A DNA stretch of 52,775 nucleotides from Clostridium sp. CAG:1024 (GCA_000432015.1 HF985514.1:14044-66818), one strand, 5' to 3'. Numbered from the stretch's first letter, positions 7,869 to 16,504 are shown. Program-made: numbers and translations. The notes: generated from the sequence alone by a model not told the origin.

Positions 7869-10151
7869 TCAGATGAGTCCTTCCTCTTTGAAACGCTCAA
7901 AGAGGATATGCGGGGTCAGCGGCGCACGGTTGATGGAAACGCCCGTGGCCTGCAATACGGCGTTGCGAATGGCGGGCGCGCCGGAGCAGGCCGGCGGTTC
8001 GCCGAGCGCTTTGGTGCCGTAAGCGCTTGTCGGTTCGTAGTTCTCGACAAACTCCGCACGGATGTCCGGGTGATCCATGAAGGTGGAGAGCTTGTAGTCG
8101 AGCAGATTGTTGTTGAGCGGCCGGCCGGTCTTTTCATCAAAGAGCAGCTGCTCGGACATGCCGTAGCCAATGGCCATGCTCATGCCGCCGTGCACCTGCG
8201 CTTCCGCGAGGGCGGGGTTGATGAGACGGCCGCAGTCGTGTACGTTGACGATATTCAGCAGCTTGACCTTGCAGAGCGGGATATCCACTTCGACCTCCGC
8301 GAACGAGCAGCCGAAGGAATAGGCGTTCGTCTTGATCTGGTAGGTGCTTTCGCTCGTGAGGTGCTCGCTGTGCGTCAGGCTGTACAGCGCTTCCGTGGCA
8401 AGCTCGGCAAGCGTCATCAGCTCGCGCCCGTCCGGAATGCGGACAATCTTGCCGTCCACGATATTGAGGTTGCAGACGGGCATACGGGTAAGCTCATGCG
8501 CGTAGCTCAGAATGCGGTCCTTCAGCATGGTCGCGGTCTGCTGGATCGCAAAGCCGCCGACGTAGGTTTGGCGCGATGCGTATGCGCCCGTACCGAAGGG
8601 GGTAATGTCCGTATCCTGCGTGGAGACAACATGCACATCGGAAAACGGAATGCCGATCGTTTCCGCAGCCATCTGCGCAAAGGCCGTATCCGCGCCCTGA
8701 CCGATCTCCGTTTCGCCCATTTGCAGCTGAATGGAGCCGTCCTGATTCAGCACCATGCGGCAGCTGGAGCTTTCAAGCGAGATCGGCCATACGGCGGTAT
8801 TGTACCAGAAAATCGCCATGCCGATGCCGCGGCGGATGGGGCCGACCTGGTTTTCGTATTCCTTGCGTTTTTTTTCATAATCGATATAGGCCATGCCCTT
8901 CTCGATACACTGGTTGAGGCTGTCAAAGTAGTTCTCGTTTTTCGAGAAGTTGTCCTTATAGCCGACCTCCATCATGTTTTTGCGGCGCAGTTCGAGCGAG
9001 TCCATACCAAGACCCTTCGCGATGTCCTCGACATGGCTTTCGAGCGCAAACATGGCCTGCGGGATGCCGTAGCCGCGCATCGCGCCGGCGACCGGCGTAT
9101 TCGTAAAGACCGTGTAAGCATCGACCTTGCAGGCCTCGCTCTTGTAGAGCTGACCGAAAGCGCCCGCGCCCTTGGCGTTGATGCTGTGGCCGTGGGAAGC
9201 GTAGGCACCCTGCTTGGAGAACGCTTCAAGACGGCGTGCAACGAAGGTGCCGTCAGGACGCACATAGGTGATGATGTGCGAACGGATTGCGTGGCGAACG
9301 CGGTTGGAGACAAAGGTTTCTTCCCGCGAGACATCCAGCTTCACTCTGCGGCCGCCGACCTGCGTACAGAGATAGGCGCAGAGCGGCTCGTACAGCGCGT
9401 CCTGCTTGTTGCCGAAGCCGCCGCCGATATACGGCTTGATAATGCGCACCTTGCCCCACGGGATGCCGAGCGCCTGACCGACAATGCGGCGCACGATGTG
9501 CGGGATCTGCGTAGAAGCGACGATCACGATGCGGTCGCCCTCCATATGCGCCTCGCAGATGAAGTTCTCGATGTGGCAATGCTGCACGATGGGCGTATCA
9601 TACCAGCCCTCGAACTTGATGAGGCCGGGTTCCTTGATCGCGTCCTCGTAGTTGCCGTTTTCGTAGCCCGTGTGCGCGAGGATATTGTTCGGATAGTTTT
9701 CGTGGATCTGCGGCGCACCGTCCTGCATGGCCTCGACCTGATCGAGCACGAAGGGATACGCTTCATATTCAACCTTGATGGCGCGCACGGCCTGCGCTGC
9801 GGCGACTTCGTTTTCCGCAACGACCGCAGCAACGTCGTCCCCGTAAAAGCGGACGCGAGCTGTCAGCAGATGGCGATCCATCACATCCTGATGGTGCGGG
9901 TCTGTGGACCACGGGTGACCTGCGGTGGGGAATTTGATGTCCGGCACATCGAAACAGGTCACGATCTTGACGACGCCTTTGATCTTTTCCGCCTCGGAGA
10001 TGTCGATGCGCTTGACGACGCCGTTCGCGATCGTCGAATGCAGGATCTTTGCCACATACGCACCCTTGTCCGTAAGGTCGTCTGTGTAGCGCGCACGACC
10101 GGTGACTTTATCGACGGCGTCGATGCGCGGAACGCTCTTTCCTACGATCAT
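7869..10151 (-). CDS. xdhA: Xanthine dehydrogenase family, molybdopterin-binding large subunit
   Basis: It is 760 aa. KVTGRARYTDD, GGGFGNK and AGAMRGYG are aldehyde oxidase/xanthine dehydrogenase a/b-hammerhead and MoCo-domain motifs. A GGGAGGAAA RBS is present. Confidence 0.9.
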   Translation of the reverse strand: MIVGKSVPRIDAVDKVTGRARYTDDLTDKGAYVAKILHSTIANGVVKRIDISEAEKIKGVVKIVTCFDVPDIKFPTAGHPWSTDPHHQDVMDRHLLTARVRFYGDDVAAVVAENEVAAAQAVRAIKVEYEAYPFVLDQVEAMQDGAPQIHENYPNNILAHTGYENGNYEDAIKEPGLIKFEGWYDTPIVQHCHIENFICEAHMEGDRIVIVASTQIPHIVRRIVGQALGIPWGKVRIIKPYIGGGFGNKQDALYEPLCAYLCTQVGGRRVKLDVSREETFVSNRVRHAIRSHIITYVRPDGTFVARRLEAFSKQGAYASHGHSINAKGAGAFGQLYKSEACKVDAYTVFTNTPVAGAMRGYGIPQAMFALESHVEDIAKGLGMDSLELRRKNMMEVGYKDNFSKNENYFDSLNQCIEKGMAYIDYEKKRKEYENQVGPIRRGIGMAIFWYNTAVWPISLESSSCRMVLNQDGSIQLQMGETEIGQGADTAFAQMAAETIGIPFSDVHVVSTQDTDITPFGTGAYASRQTYVGGFAIQQTATMLKDRILSYAHELTRMPVCNLNIVDGKIVRIPDGRELMTLAELATEALYSLTHSEHLTSESTYQIKTNAYSFGCSFAEVEVDIPLCKVKLLNIVNVHDCGRLINPALAEAQVHGGMSMAIGYGMSEQLLFDEKTGRPLNNNLLDYKLSTFMDHPDIRAEFVENYEPTSAYGTKALGEPPACSGAPAIRNAVLQATGVSINRAPLTPHILFERFKEEGLI

Positions 10152-10178
10152 AGATTTCCTCCCTGAGCAACTGCTACA

Positions 10179-11882
10179 TTATTGATTCTTATAAAGAAAT
10201 TCCATATTCTTGACGTCGAACATGCCCATATCCGTGATGCGGACGGATGGGATGACCGGCAGCGCCACGAACGACAGCGTGATGAACGGATCAGAGCCGC
10301 TTGCAACGCCGAGCTCGGCCGCGGCCGCGAGCAGCGCCTGCTGCGCGGCGAGCACCTCCGAAACGGGCGCATCGGACATGAGGCCGGCGATGGGCAGCGG
10401 AAGCCTTGCGAGCATCCGGCCGCCGCGCACCACGACGTAGCCGCCGCCGCAGGCTTCGAGCGCATCGATTGCGGCGAACATGTCGGCGTCGTTATCGCCT
10501 GCGACGATCAGATTATGCGAGTCGTGCGCTACGGTTGTCGCAATTGCGCCGCCATGGATCGGCATGCCGCGGAGAATGCCGAGCCCTACACGGCTCGAGG
10601 CATGGTGACGCTCAAAGACGGCCAGCTTGACAAGCCCGTTGCCGGGAACGAACAGGCCGTTTTCATCGACGGGAACGGTCTCGGTGTCCAACTCGGTGAG
10701 CAGCTCGTTCGGCACGAGCCGGATGATGGGCATCGGACCTTCGACATGCAGTTCGAGCGCATCCGCCTTGCGCGGCGCAAGGTGAACGCTGTTGTAGATC
10801 TTCGGGTCGGGCTTCAGGATCTTGTCCGTCGTGGGCGAGAACACATTACCGCCCGTGATGACGGTGAGCGGGTTGAAGTCCGAAAGATTGTCGAACAGAA
10901 CCATATCCGCACGATATCCGGGCGCGATGGCGCCATAGCCGCGGAGCGAATAGGTGTTTGCGGCGTTGATCGTCGCCATTTGGATCGCCTGGATCGCGGG
11001 AATACCGTTTGCGACCGCGCGGCGGAGAATGTAATTGATGTGGCCCTCGCTGCGAATGTTCTCAAGATGCTTGTCGTCCGTGCAGAACATCATGCGCCGG
11101 GTGGGAAGCCGGTTTTCTGCAATCTTGCGCATGACCTCTTCAATGCCGCGGTTCGCGGAGCCGATACGCAGATGAATCCGCATACCGGCGCGGAGCTTTT
11201 CCAGCACCTCGTCATAGTTTGAGCATTCATGATCCGTATGCGGACCGGCAACGCAGTAGGCGTTCAAAAGGTCGCCGGAGAGCAGCGGCGCATGACCGTC
11301 GATCGGCCTGCCGCGGAAAAGTTCGAGCTTGTCGAGCATCTCGCCGTCGCCCGTGGTCGTGGCGACGTAGTCCATGACCTCGCCGAGACCGGCAACGCGC
11401 GGATGATTCAAAAACTGCTCCATGTCCTTCGCGGTCACCTTCGCACCGCTCGTTTCAAACGCGGTACAGGGGACGCAGGACGGAAGCATCAAAAACACGG
11501 AAAGCGGCAGCCACTCCGTCTGATCCAACATATATTGGATGCCGTCGGTACCGCAGACGTTGACGATTTCATGCGGGTCTGCAATGATCGTCGTCGTGCC
11601 TTTTTCCAGGATAACGTTTGCAAAGCGGGACGGATGCGCCATGGACGATTCGATATGCACATGTCCGTCGATGAGACCGGGGGTCAGATATGCGCCCTTT
11701 GCATCGATCTCCTGCTTGCCGGAAAAAGAACCGACGCCCAAGATGATACCGTCGCGGATCGCGACGTCACCCTCGATGATCTCTTCCGTAAAAACATTGA
11801 CGATCTTCGCGTTTTTGATGACCAGAGCGGCGTTTCGGCTTGCTGCATTCAGAATTGCAGCGCGTAGACGAGACTTCTCCAA
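10179..11882 (-). CDS. ade: Adenine deaminase
   Basis: PGLIDGHVHIESSM and the overall layout match the AdeC family. It ends 27 nt upstream of xdhA. The start is probably TTG at 11882 (LEKSRLRAAIL...), 10 nt after AAGGTGG. The exact start is uncertain. Confidence 0.85.
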   Translation of the reverse strand: MEKSRLRAAILNAASRNAALVIKNAKIVNVFTEEIIEGDVAIRDGIILGVGSFSGKQEIDAKGAYLTPGLIDGHVHIESSMAHPSRFANVILEKGTTTIIADPHEIVNVCGTDGIQYMLDQTEWLPLSVFLMLPSCVPCTAFETSGAKVTAKDMEQFLNHPRVAGLGEVMDYVATTTGDGEMLDKLELFRGRPIDGHAPLLSGDLLNAYCVAGPHTDHECSNYDEVLEKLRAGMRIHLRIGSANRGIEEVMRKIAENRLPTRRMMFCTDDKHLENIRSEGHINYILRRAVANGIPAIQAIQMATINAANTYSLRGYGAIAPGYRADMVLFDNLSDFNPLTVITGGNVFSPTTDKILKPDPKIYNSVHLAPRKADALELHVEGPMPIIRLVPNELLTELDTETVPVDENGLFVPGNGLVKLAVFERHHASSRVGLGILRGMPIHGGAIATTVAHDSHNLIVAGDNDADMFAAIDALEACGGGYVVVRGGRMLARLPLPIAGLMSDAPVSEVLAAQQALLAAAAELGVASGSDPFITLSFVALPVIPSVRITDMGMFDVKNMEFLYKNQ

Positions 11883-11906
11883 AACAGAATCACCCACCTT
11901 TTCGAT

Positions 11907-11934
11907 ATTATAGCATGTAGTGATGCCGCTGCAA
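11907..11934 (-). promoter_or_regulatory. Candidate promoter of ade-xdhABC
   Basis: On the minus strand: TTGCAG, a 16-nt spacer, then TGcTATAAT (extended -10). Confidence 0.5.
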
Positions 11935-11979
11935 AGGAAATTTCGTGATACTTTCAATAGATGCACGATCGCGAACAGC

Positions 11980-12008
11980 TTGCAAAGCCCCTAAAATAGT
12001 GATAAAAT
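11980..12008 (+). promoter_or_regulatory. Candidate promoter of the hydantoinase-mocA unit
   Basis: TTGCAA (11980-11985), a 17-nt spacer, then TAAAAT (12003-12008). It lies back to back with the ade promoter. Confidence 0.5.
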
Positions 12009-12055
12009 GGCAAAAACGAGAGCCAAAAATATTTTTAGAAGCGAGGAAATATTTT

Positions 12056-13426
12056 TTGAAAACGCGTATCAATCACGGCGAGATCATATCCGAAGGAAAG
12101 CGTTTTTTTGCGGATCTGCTCATCGAGAATGGAAAGATCGTAAAAATTGCGCCGCACATTGAGGAGACTGCCGACACGGTGATCGATGCTTCCGGATGCT
12201 ATGTTATGCCGGGGTTCATCGATACGCACACGCACTTTGATCTGGATCTCGGTGTGACCGTGACTGCGGATGATTTCAAGACGGGGACGCGCGCGGCGGT
12301 GCTCGGCGGCACGACGACCGTGCTCGACTTTGCGACGCAGGATCGCGGCATGACCATGCAGGACGCGCTCGACCTTTGGCACAAGAAGGCCGAGGGGAGC
12401 AGCTGCAATTACGGATTCCATATGGCGGTCTCCGAGTGGAACGATGCGCGCATCGCGGAGATCCCGCGCATGATCGAGCAGGGCGTGACCTCGTTTAAAA
12501 TGTATATGGTTTACGATGCGATGCGCGTGGATGACGGCGCTATCTACGACGCGCTGCGCCGCACGGCTGCCGAGGATTGCGTGATCGGCGTGCATTGCGA
12601 AAACTATGACGTTTTGCAGCGCCGCATTGCGGACTGCAAAGCGCAGGGCTGGCTGGATCCCACGGCACACCCGGTTTCCCGCCCGAACGAGGTGGAAGCG
12701 GAGGCCGTTGCCCGCCTCATGCGGATCGCCCAGCTTGCAGAAGCGCCGGCTTGGGTCGTGCATCTGTCCACAAAAGAGGGACTCGAAGAGGCGCTGCGCG
12801 CACGCGCACGCGGGCAGGAGGTCTATCTGGAGACCTGTCCGCAGTACCTTGTGTTGGATGACAGCGCATACGCCGCGCCTGACGGCGCCAAGTTCGTGAT
12901 GTCGCCGCCGCTCAGAAAGCGCGAGGATAATGCGGCGATCCTTGCCGCCATGCAGCGCAGCGAGATCGATGTTGTCGGCACGGATCACTGCTCTTTTACG
13001 ATGAAACAAAAAGCGTTGGGAAGCGGAGACTTTTCCAAGATCCCGAACGGCGGGGCAGGCGTCGAAAACCGCGGCGAGATCGTTCATACTGCGGCGGTGC
13101 GCAGCGGGACGATCACGGTGGAGCAGATGGCGGAGCAGCTCTCCACAAACGCAGCAAAGCTCTTCGGCATGTTCCCGCAGAAAGGGTGCATCCGTGAAGG
13201 CAGCGATGCCGATCTTGTCGTGTTCGATCCCCATGCGTCGCGGACGATCTCATACAAAACGAACCATCATAACTGCGACAATTCGCCCTATGAGGGCATG
13301 GAGACAACAGGCCGCGCCCGCGATGTGCTGGTGAACGGCGTTGCTGCGGTCAGAGACTTTGCGCTGGTCGAAACAGGAGCGGGCAAGTATGTATACCGCA
13401 GCCGCAGCGGGAGGCCGAACCGGTGA
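12056..13426 (+). CDS. Cyclic amidohydrolase, D-hydantoinase/dihydropyrimidinase family (HyuA/YgeZ-like)
   Basis: PGFIDTHTHFDL, SFKMYMVY (carboxylated-Lys region), GVHCEN, VVHLST and GTDHC are all present. The start is TTG at 12056, 8 nt after GAGGAA. The upstream part of the listed ORF is AT-rich promoter DNA. Confidence 0.8.
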   Translation: MKTRINHGEIISEGKRFFADLLIENGKIVKIAPHIEETADTVIDASGCYVMPGFIDTHTHFDLDLGVTVTADDFKTGTRAAVLGGTTTVLDFATQDRGMTMQDALDLWHKKAEGSSCNYGFHMAVSEWNDARIAEIPRMIEQGVTSFKMYMVYDAMRVDDGAIYDALRRTAAEDCVIGVHCENYDVLQRRIADCKAQGWLDPTAHPVSRPNEVEAEAVARLMRIAQLAEAPAWVVHLSTKEGLEEALRARARGQEVYLETCPQYLVLDDSAYAAPDGAKFVMSPPLRKREDNAAILAAMQRSEIDVVGTDHCSFTMKQKALGSGDFSKIPNGGAGVENRGEIVHTAAVRSGTITVEQMAEQLSTNAAKLFGMFPQKGCIREGSDADLVVFDPHASRTISYKTNHHNCDNSPYEGMETTGRARDVLVNGVAAVRDFALVETGAGKYVYRSRSGRPNR

Positions 13427-14016
13427 ATATCGCGGCGATCCTGCTTGCCGCGGGCCTTGGTACGCGTTTCGGGGGCGACAAGCTCAGCGCGCAGATCGGG
13501 GGAAAGCCCATGATTGCGCACGCTTGCGAGCTGCATGCATCTCTGCCGTATGCGCTGTTTGTGGCTGTCGTCCGGCCCGGCGATGCCGTGGTGACGGAAA
13601 CCGCAGGAAAGACCGCATTGCTTGCTTATAATCCCACGCCCGAGCGAGGGATCGCATCGAGCGTTCGTATTGGACTGCGTACGGCGCTGGATGCGGCGGC
13701 GGCGCGGGGGATTCGATTGGACGGCGCGCTCTTCGGCGTAGCGGATCAGCCGTATCTCTCGCGGGATACGGTCCTTCGGCTCGTGGAGAGATTTGAAACG
13801 GAGCCGAAGCGCATCGTTGCGCCGTCTGCACCGGACGGGAAGCGGGGGAACCCGGTGATTTTCCCTGAAGGCTGCTTTGCGGAGCTGCTTGCGATCGAGG
13901 GGGATCGCGGCGGCGGAACGGTCATTCGGCGGCATCCGGAGCTGCTGCGCACAGTGAAGGTGCCGGAGGAGGATCTGCGGGACGTGGATGTGCGGCCGGA
14001 GACGGAAATCGGATAG
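13423..14016 (+). CDS. mocA: Molybdenum cofactor cytidylyltransferase (MocA/YgfJ-like nucleotidyltransferase)
   Basis: It has the N-terminal ILLAAGLGTRFGG motif and is 197 aa. The GTG start overlaps the preceding stop (GTGA). It is adjacent to xdh genes, as in E. coli ygfJ. Confidence 0.75.
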   Translation: MNIAAILLAAGLGTRFGGDKLSAQIGGKPMIAHACELHASLPYALFVAVVRPGDAVVTETAGKTALLAYNPTPERGIASSVRIGLRTALDAAAARGIRLDGALFGVADQPYLSRDTVLRLVERFETEPKRIVAPSAPDGKRGNPVIFPEGCFAELLAIEGDRGGGTVIRRHPELLRTVKVPEEDLRDVDVRPETEIG

Positions 14017-14036
14017 CGTTCGACAAACCGCGGCGC

Positions 14037-14065
14037 TTGCATCCGCGGGGAAAAGCTGATATAGT
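14037..14065 (+). promoter_or_regulatory. Candidate promoter of the riboswitch-guaD transcript
   Basis: TTGCAT (14037-14042), a 17-nt spacer, then TATAGT (14060-14065). Confidence 0.55.
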
Positions 14066-14084
14066 AATTACGGATCAAAGACAG

Positions 14085-14147
14085 CTCATATAATTTCGTT
14101 GCATGGAACGAAAGTTTCTACTGAGCCGCCAGCGGCTCTGCTATGAG
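14085..14147 (+). promoter_or_regulatory. Purine riboswitch aptamer, guanine-type (C at the discriminator position)
   Basis: P1 is CTCATA/TATGAG and J1/2 is TAA(T). P2 is TTTCGTT/AACGAAA with loop GCATGG. J2/3 is GTTTCTAC, identical to the consensus. P3 is GAGCC/GGCTC with a CC-containing loop, and a C sits directly 5' of P1'. It lies upstream of guanine deaminase. Confidence 0.8.
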
Positions 14148-14200
14148 TGTCCGGCAAAAATACGAACCGATCGTATACCTGCGCCGGATGCTCTTTTCAT
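14145..14200 (+). terminator. Riboswitch expression platform: terminator hairpin plus U-tract
   Basis: GAGTGTCCGGC (14145-14155) pairs with GCCGGATGCTC (14183-14193), 11 bp including 2 G.U pairs. An inner ATACG/CGTAT helix is present, followed by TTTTCATT. The first 3 nt (GAG) are shared with P1'. Confidence 0.5.
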
Positions 14201-14233
14201 TATTGTTCAAAACTGAAAATGGGGGAAGATCAC

Positions 14234-15496
14234 ATGTCGGTCAACGTACTCAAGGGGAATTTTGTGTCCGCACCTGCACTGGGAAAACTGGACTGCGTGG
14301 AAAACGGATACCTTGTGCTGGAGGACGGCCTGATCCGGGGCATTTTCGAAGCGCTGCCGGAACGGTATCACAATGCGCAGATCACGGATTTCAGCGACCG
14401 TCTGATTCTGCAATCCTTTTCTGATATGCACCTGCACGCGCCGCAGTATCCGATGCTCGGGCTCGGCATGGATCTGCAGCTGCTGGATTGGCTGACAACG
14501 TATACGTTTCCTGTGGAGGCGCAGTTCGCAGATACGGGGTATGCGCGGGAAGCGTATGCACGTCTTGCATCGAAACTCGTTCACAGCGGAACGACGCGGG
14601 TCGTGATGTTCGCATCCATCCATACGGACGCCACGCTGGTCCTGATGGAGGAATTGGAGCGGGCGGGCGTGACCGGCTATGTCGGCAAGGTGTGCATGGA
14701 TCGTAACGGACTGCCGGGCGTCTACGAGGAGACGACAGAGGGATCGGAGCGGGAGACGCTGCGCTTTTTCGAGGCGGCGGCGCAGTTTTCGCACATCAAG
14801 CCCATCGTTACGCCGCGGTTTACGCCGACCTGCTCTGATGAACTGATGGCATGGCTCGGCCGGCAGGCGCGGACGCGCGGTCTGTATGTGCAGTCGCATT
14901 TGTCCGAAAACAAGGATGAGATCGCGTGGGTGCGCCGATTGCATCCGGACTGCGCAGAGTATTGGGAAACCTACGATAAGTTCGGCCTGTTTTCGGATCA
15001 TACGGTGATGGCGCACTGCGTGTACTCCGGCGCGCGGGAACGGGAGGCGATGAAACGCCGAAACGTCCTTGTGGCGCATTGTCCGGATTCCAATATCAAC
15101 ATTTGCAGCGGGTTCGTTCCGCTTCGCACCATGCTGGATGAAGGACTCTGGATCGGACTTGGATCGGATATTGCGGGCGGCGCGGAATTGCCGATGAATC
15201 GAGTGATCACCGCAGCGATTCGTATGTCGAAAGCAAAGCGGATTGAAACGGAAGGAACGGCGGGGCTCCTGACGGTCGCAGAAGGGTACTATCTCGGCAC
15301 GACCGCCGGCGCAGCGTATTTTGGCGCGGGGAATGGCTTTGCAGCCGGAGATTCGCTCCATGCGATCGTCGTGGACGAGAGCGGCTTTCCGCCAGCAAAA
15401 TCGTTGACTTTGCAGGAACGGATGGAGCGGGCGATTTATTTGATGGATGAGCGGAGCATACAGGCCGTTTACAGCGAGGGCGTCCGCGTCGTGTAA
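14234..15496 (+). CDS. guaD: Guanine deaminase
   Basis: DMHLHAPQYPMLG, HLSEN, AHCV and GSDI(A)GG are amidohydrolase metal ligands in the guanine-deaminase arrangement. A GGGGGA RBS lies 7 nt before the ATG at 14234. Confidence 0.85.
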   Translation: MSVNVLKGNFVSAPALGKLDCVENGYLVLEDGLIRGIFEALPERYHNAQITDFSDRLILQSFSDMHLHAPQYPMLGLGMDLQLLDWLTTYTFPVEAQFADTGYAREAYARLASKLVHSGTTRVVMFASIHTDATLVLMEELERAGVTGYVGKVCMDRNGLPGVYEETTEGSERETLRFFEAAAQFSHIKPIVTPRFTPTCSDELMAWLGRQARTRGLYVQSHLSENKDEIAWVRRLHPDCAEYWETYDKFGLFSDHTVMAHCVYSGAREREAMKRRNVLVAHCPDSNINICSGFVPLRTMLDEGLWIGLGSDIAGGAELPMNRVITAAIRMSKAKRIETEGTAGLLTVAEGYYLGTTAGAAYFGAGNGFAAGDSLHAIVVDESGFPPAKSLTLQERMERAIYLMDERSIQAVYSEGVRVV

Positions 15497-15501
15497 GCGG
15501 C

Positions 15502-16176
15502 TTGCCGAATAGCCTTGCGCGAATGGGCGCATCCTATGCGCAAACGGGGCTGCGGCCGTCCGGCGCGCCTCACGGAAACGGGGTGTGCGCCTTGTCGCTT
15601 TCGACGCTGGTTTTGATCAGCATATTTATTCTGGACTGCGCCGGCTTTCTTCGCGCAACCGCAAGGCGGATTGAGGTTTCGGAAGGCGCCGTCGCCGCGG
15701 CGACGCTGCTCACGCTGGCGCTTTCTGCGGTGCAAGCGCCGCTTGCGGGAATCGCAACGCTGAATCTCGGGTTTTGCCTCGCGCTGCTTTTCGGCGTCCT
15801 GCTCTGCCGCAGCTGGAAGGACGCAGCGGAAACGCTCGTTGTCGCTCTGTGCGCGGGGGCGCTAGGATTCGGCGTTTATCGCCTGACCGCCGATTTTTAT
15901 GAGCCGGGCCTGCTTGCCTGCCTGCCGGCGGCGGGACTATCGGCGCTGCTGCTCCCAAAGCGTCGGTCGGCACTGCTTGCTGCGGTGTCGGCGCCCGTGT
16001 TCTTTGCGGTTTGCGTGCTGTTTGAGGACATCTATTTGTTCGATGCGGCAGCGCTGCGCCTCGCAAATCCGGTCGCGCAGGACATGCAGACCATGGGGGC
16101 GGCGCTTTCGGCCCTGCTCTGGCCGCTGCCTGGCATTTCGGGAAGGGCTTTGAGAATTCTCCGTGAAAGATCGTAA
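15502..16176 (+). CDS. Hypothetical integral membrane protein (start uncertain)
   Basis: The frame is A/L-rich with about 5 hydrophobic segments and coding-like third-position GC. The opposite-strand ORFs are R-rich junk. I recognise no family. Confidence 0.45.
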   Translation: MPNSLARMGASYAQTGLRPSGAPHGNGVCALSLSTLVLISIFILDCAGFLRATARRIEVSEGAVAAATLLTLALSAVQAPLAGIATLNLGFCLALLFGVLLCRSWKDAAETLVVALCAGALGFGVYRLTADFYEPGLLACLPAAGLSALLLPKRRSALLAAVSAPVFFAVCVLFEDIYLFDAAALRLANPVAQDMQTMGAALSALLWPLPGISGRALRILRERS

Positions 16177-16183
16177 ATTATGC

Positions 16184-16211
16184 TTGCATTTTTCCGTGAT
16201 GTGTGTATAAT
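16184..16211 (+). promoter_or_regulatory. Candidate promoter of the tRNA transcription unit
   Basis: TTGCAT (16184-16189), a 16-nt spacer, then TATAAT (16206-16211) preceded by GTG. Confidence 0.55.
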
Positions 16212-16231
16212 AATATCTGCGACGCAAACGC

Positions 16232-16308
16232 GGGGTTATAGCTCAGCTGGTCAGAGCGCTACGTTGACATCGTAGAGGTCGTTGGTTCGATCCCAACTAA
16301 TCCCACCA
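16232..16308 (+). tRNA. tRNA-Val (anticodon GAC), CCA encoded
   Basis: The cloverleaf was read by hand. Acceptor GGGGTTA/TAATCCC, D stem GCTC/GAGC, anticodon stem CTACG/CGTAG with loop TTGACAT, T arm GTTGG-TTCGATC-CCAAC. Confidence 0.9.
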
Positions 16309-16317
16309 AACGAAAGT

Positions 16318-16488
16318 ATCCTGGGGTGTGCGTCACATCTTCGGCTATAAACCCTCACGATTTTGCCGGGAGTATCTGTTGGCAGGTGAATGGTCAAGCT
16401 CGCTGCGGGCGAGAAGACCGGAGCCGCCACAATGCACCCACCTGCCTTTGGGCGGGTATTATAGCAAGGATGAACGGCACCACGGGAT
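16318..16488 (+). ncRNA. Candidate rod-shaped structured RNA in the tRNA-Val/tRNA-Gln spacer (unclassified)
   Basis: There are four nested complementary segment pairs (see finding). No credible ORF is present. It would be co-transcribed with two tRNAs. Confidence 0.25.
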
Positions 16489-16504
16489 TCTTTTGAGGTC
16501 ATGT

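Noticed and set aside
7836-10166. A 776-aa plus-strand ORF, plus similar long ORFs at 387-1289(-), 1289-2011(-), 2861-3559(-), 6453-7196(+), 10182-11222(+), 12035-13234(-), 14207-15532(-), 17816-18577(+), 19336-20448(-), 20768-22375(-), 34164-35225(+), 40012-41043(-), 43286-44479(-), 44680-45753(-), 48542-49498(-) and 50755-52275(-).
   Set aside because: Each lies antisense to, or out of frame within, a gene with clear family motifs. Their translations are R/A/H/G-rich and low in complexity, have no recognisable motifs and lack an RBS. These are typical shadow ORFs of high-GC DNA.
16309-16504. The long tRNA spacer might hide a tRNA-Sec or another long-arm tRNA. This was considered because a molybdenum hydroxylase cluster (sometimes Se-dependent) is nearby.
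   Set aside because: There is no UCA anticodon loop (CUUCAAA-type), no T-loop (GTTCGAnTC) and no acceptor/CCA arrangement in the spacer.
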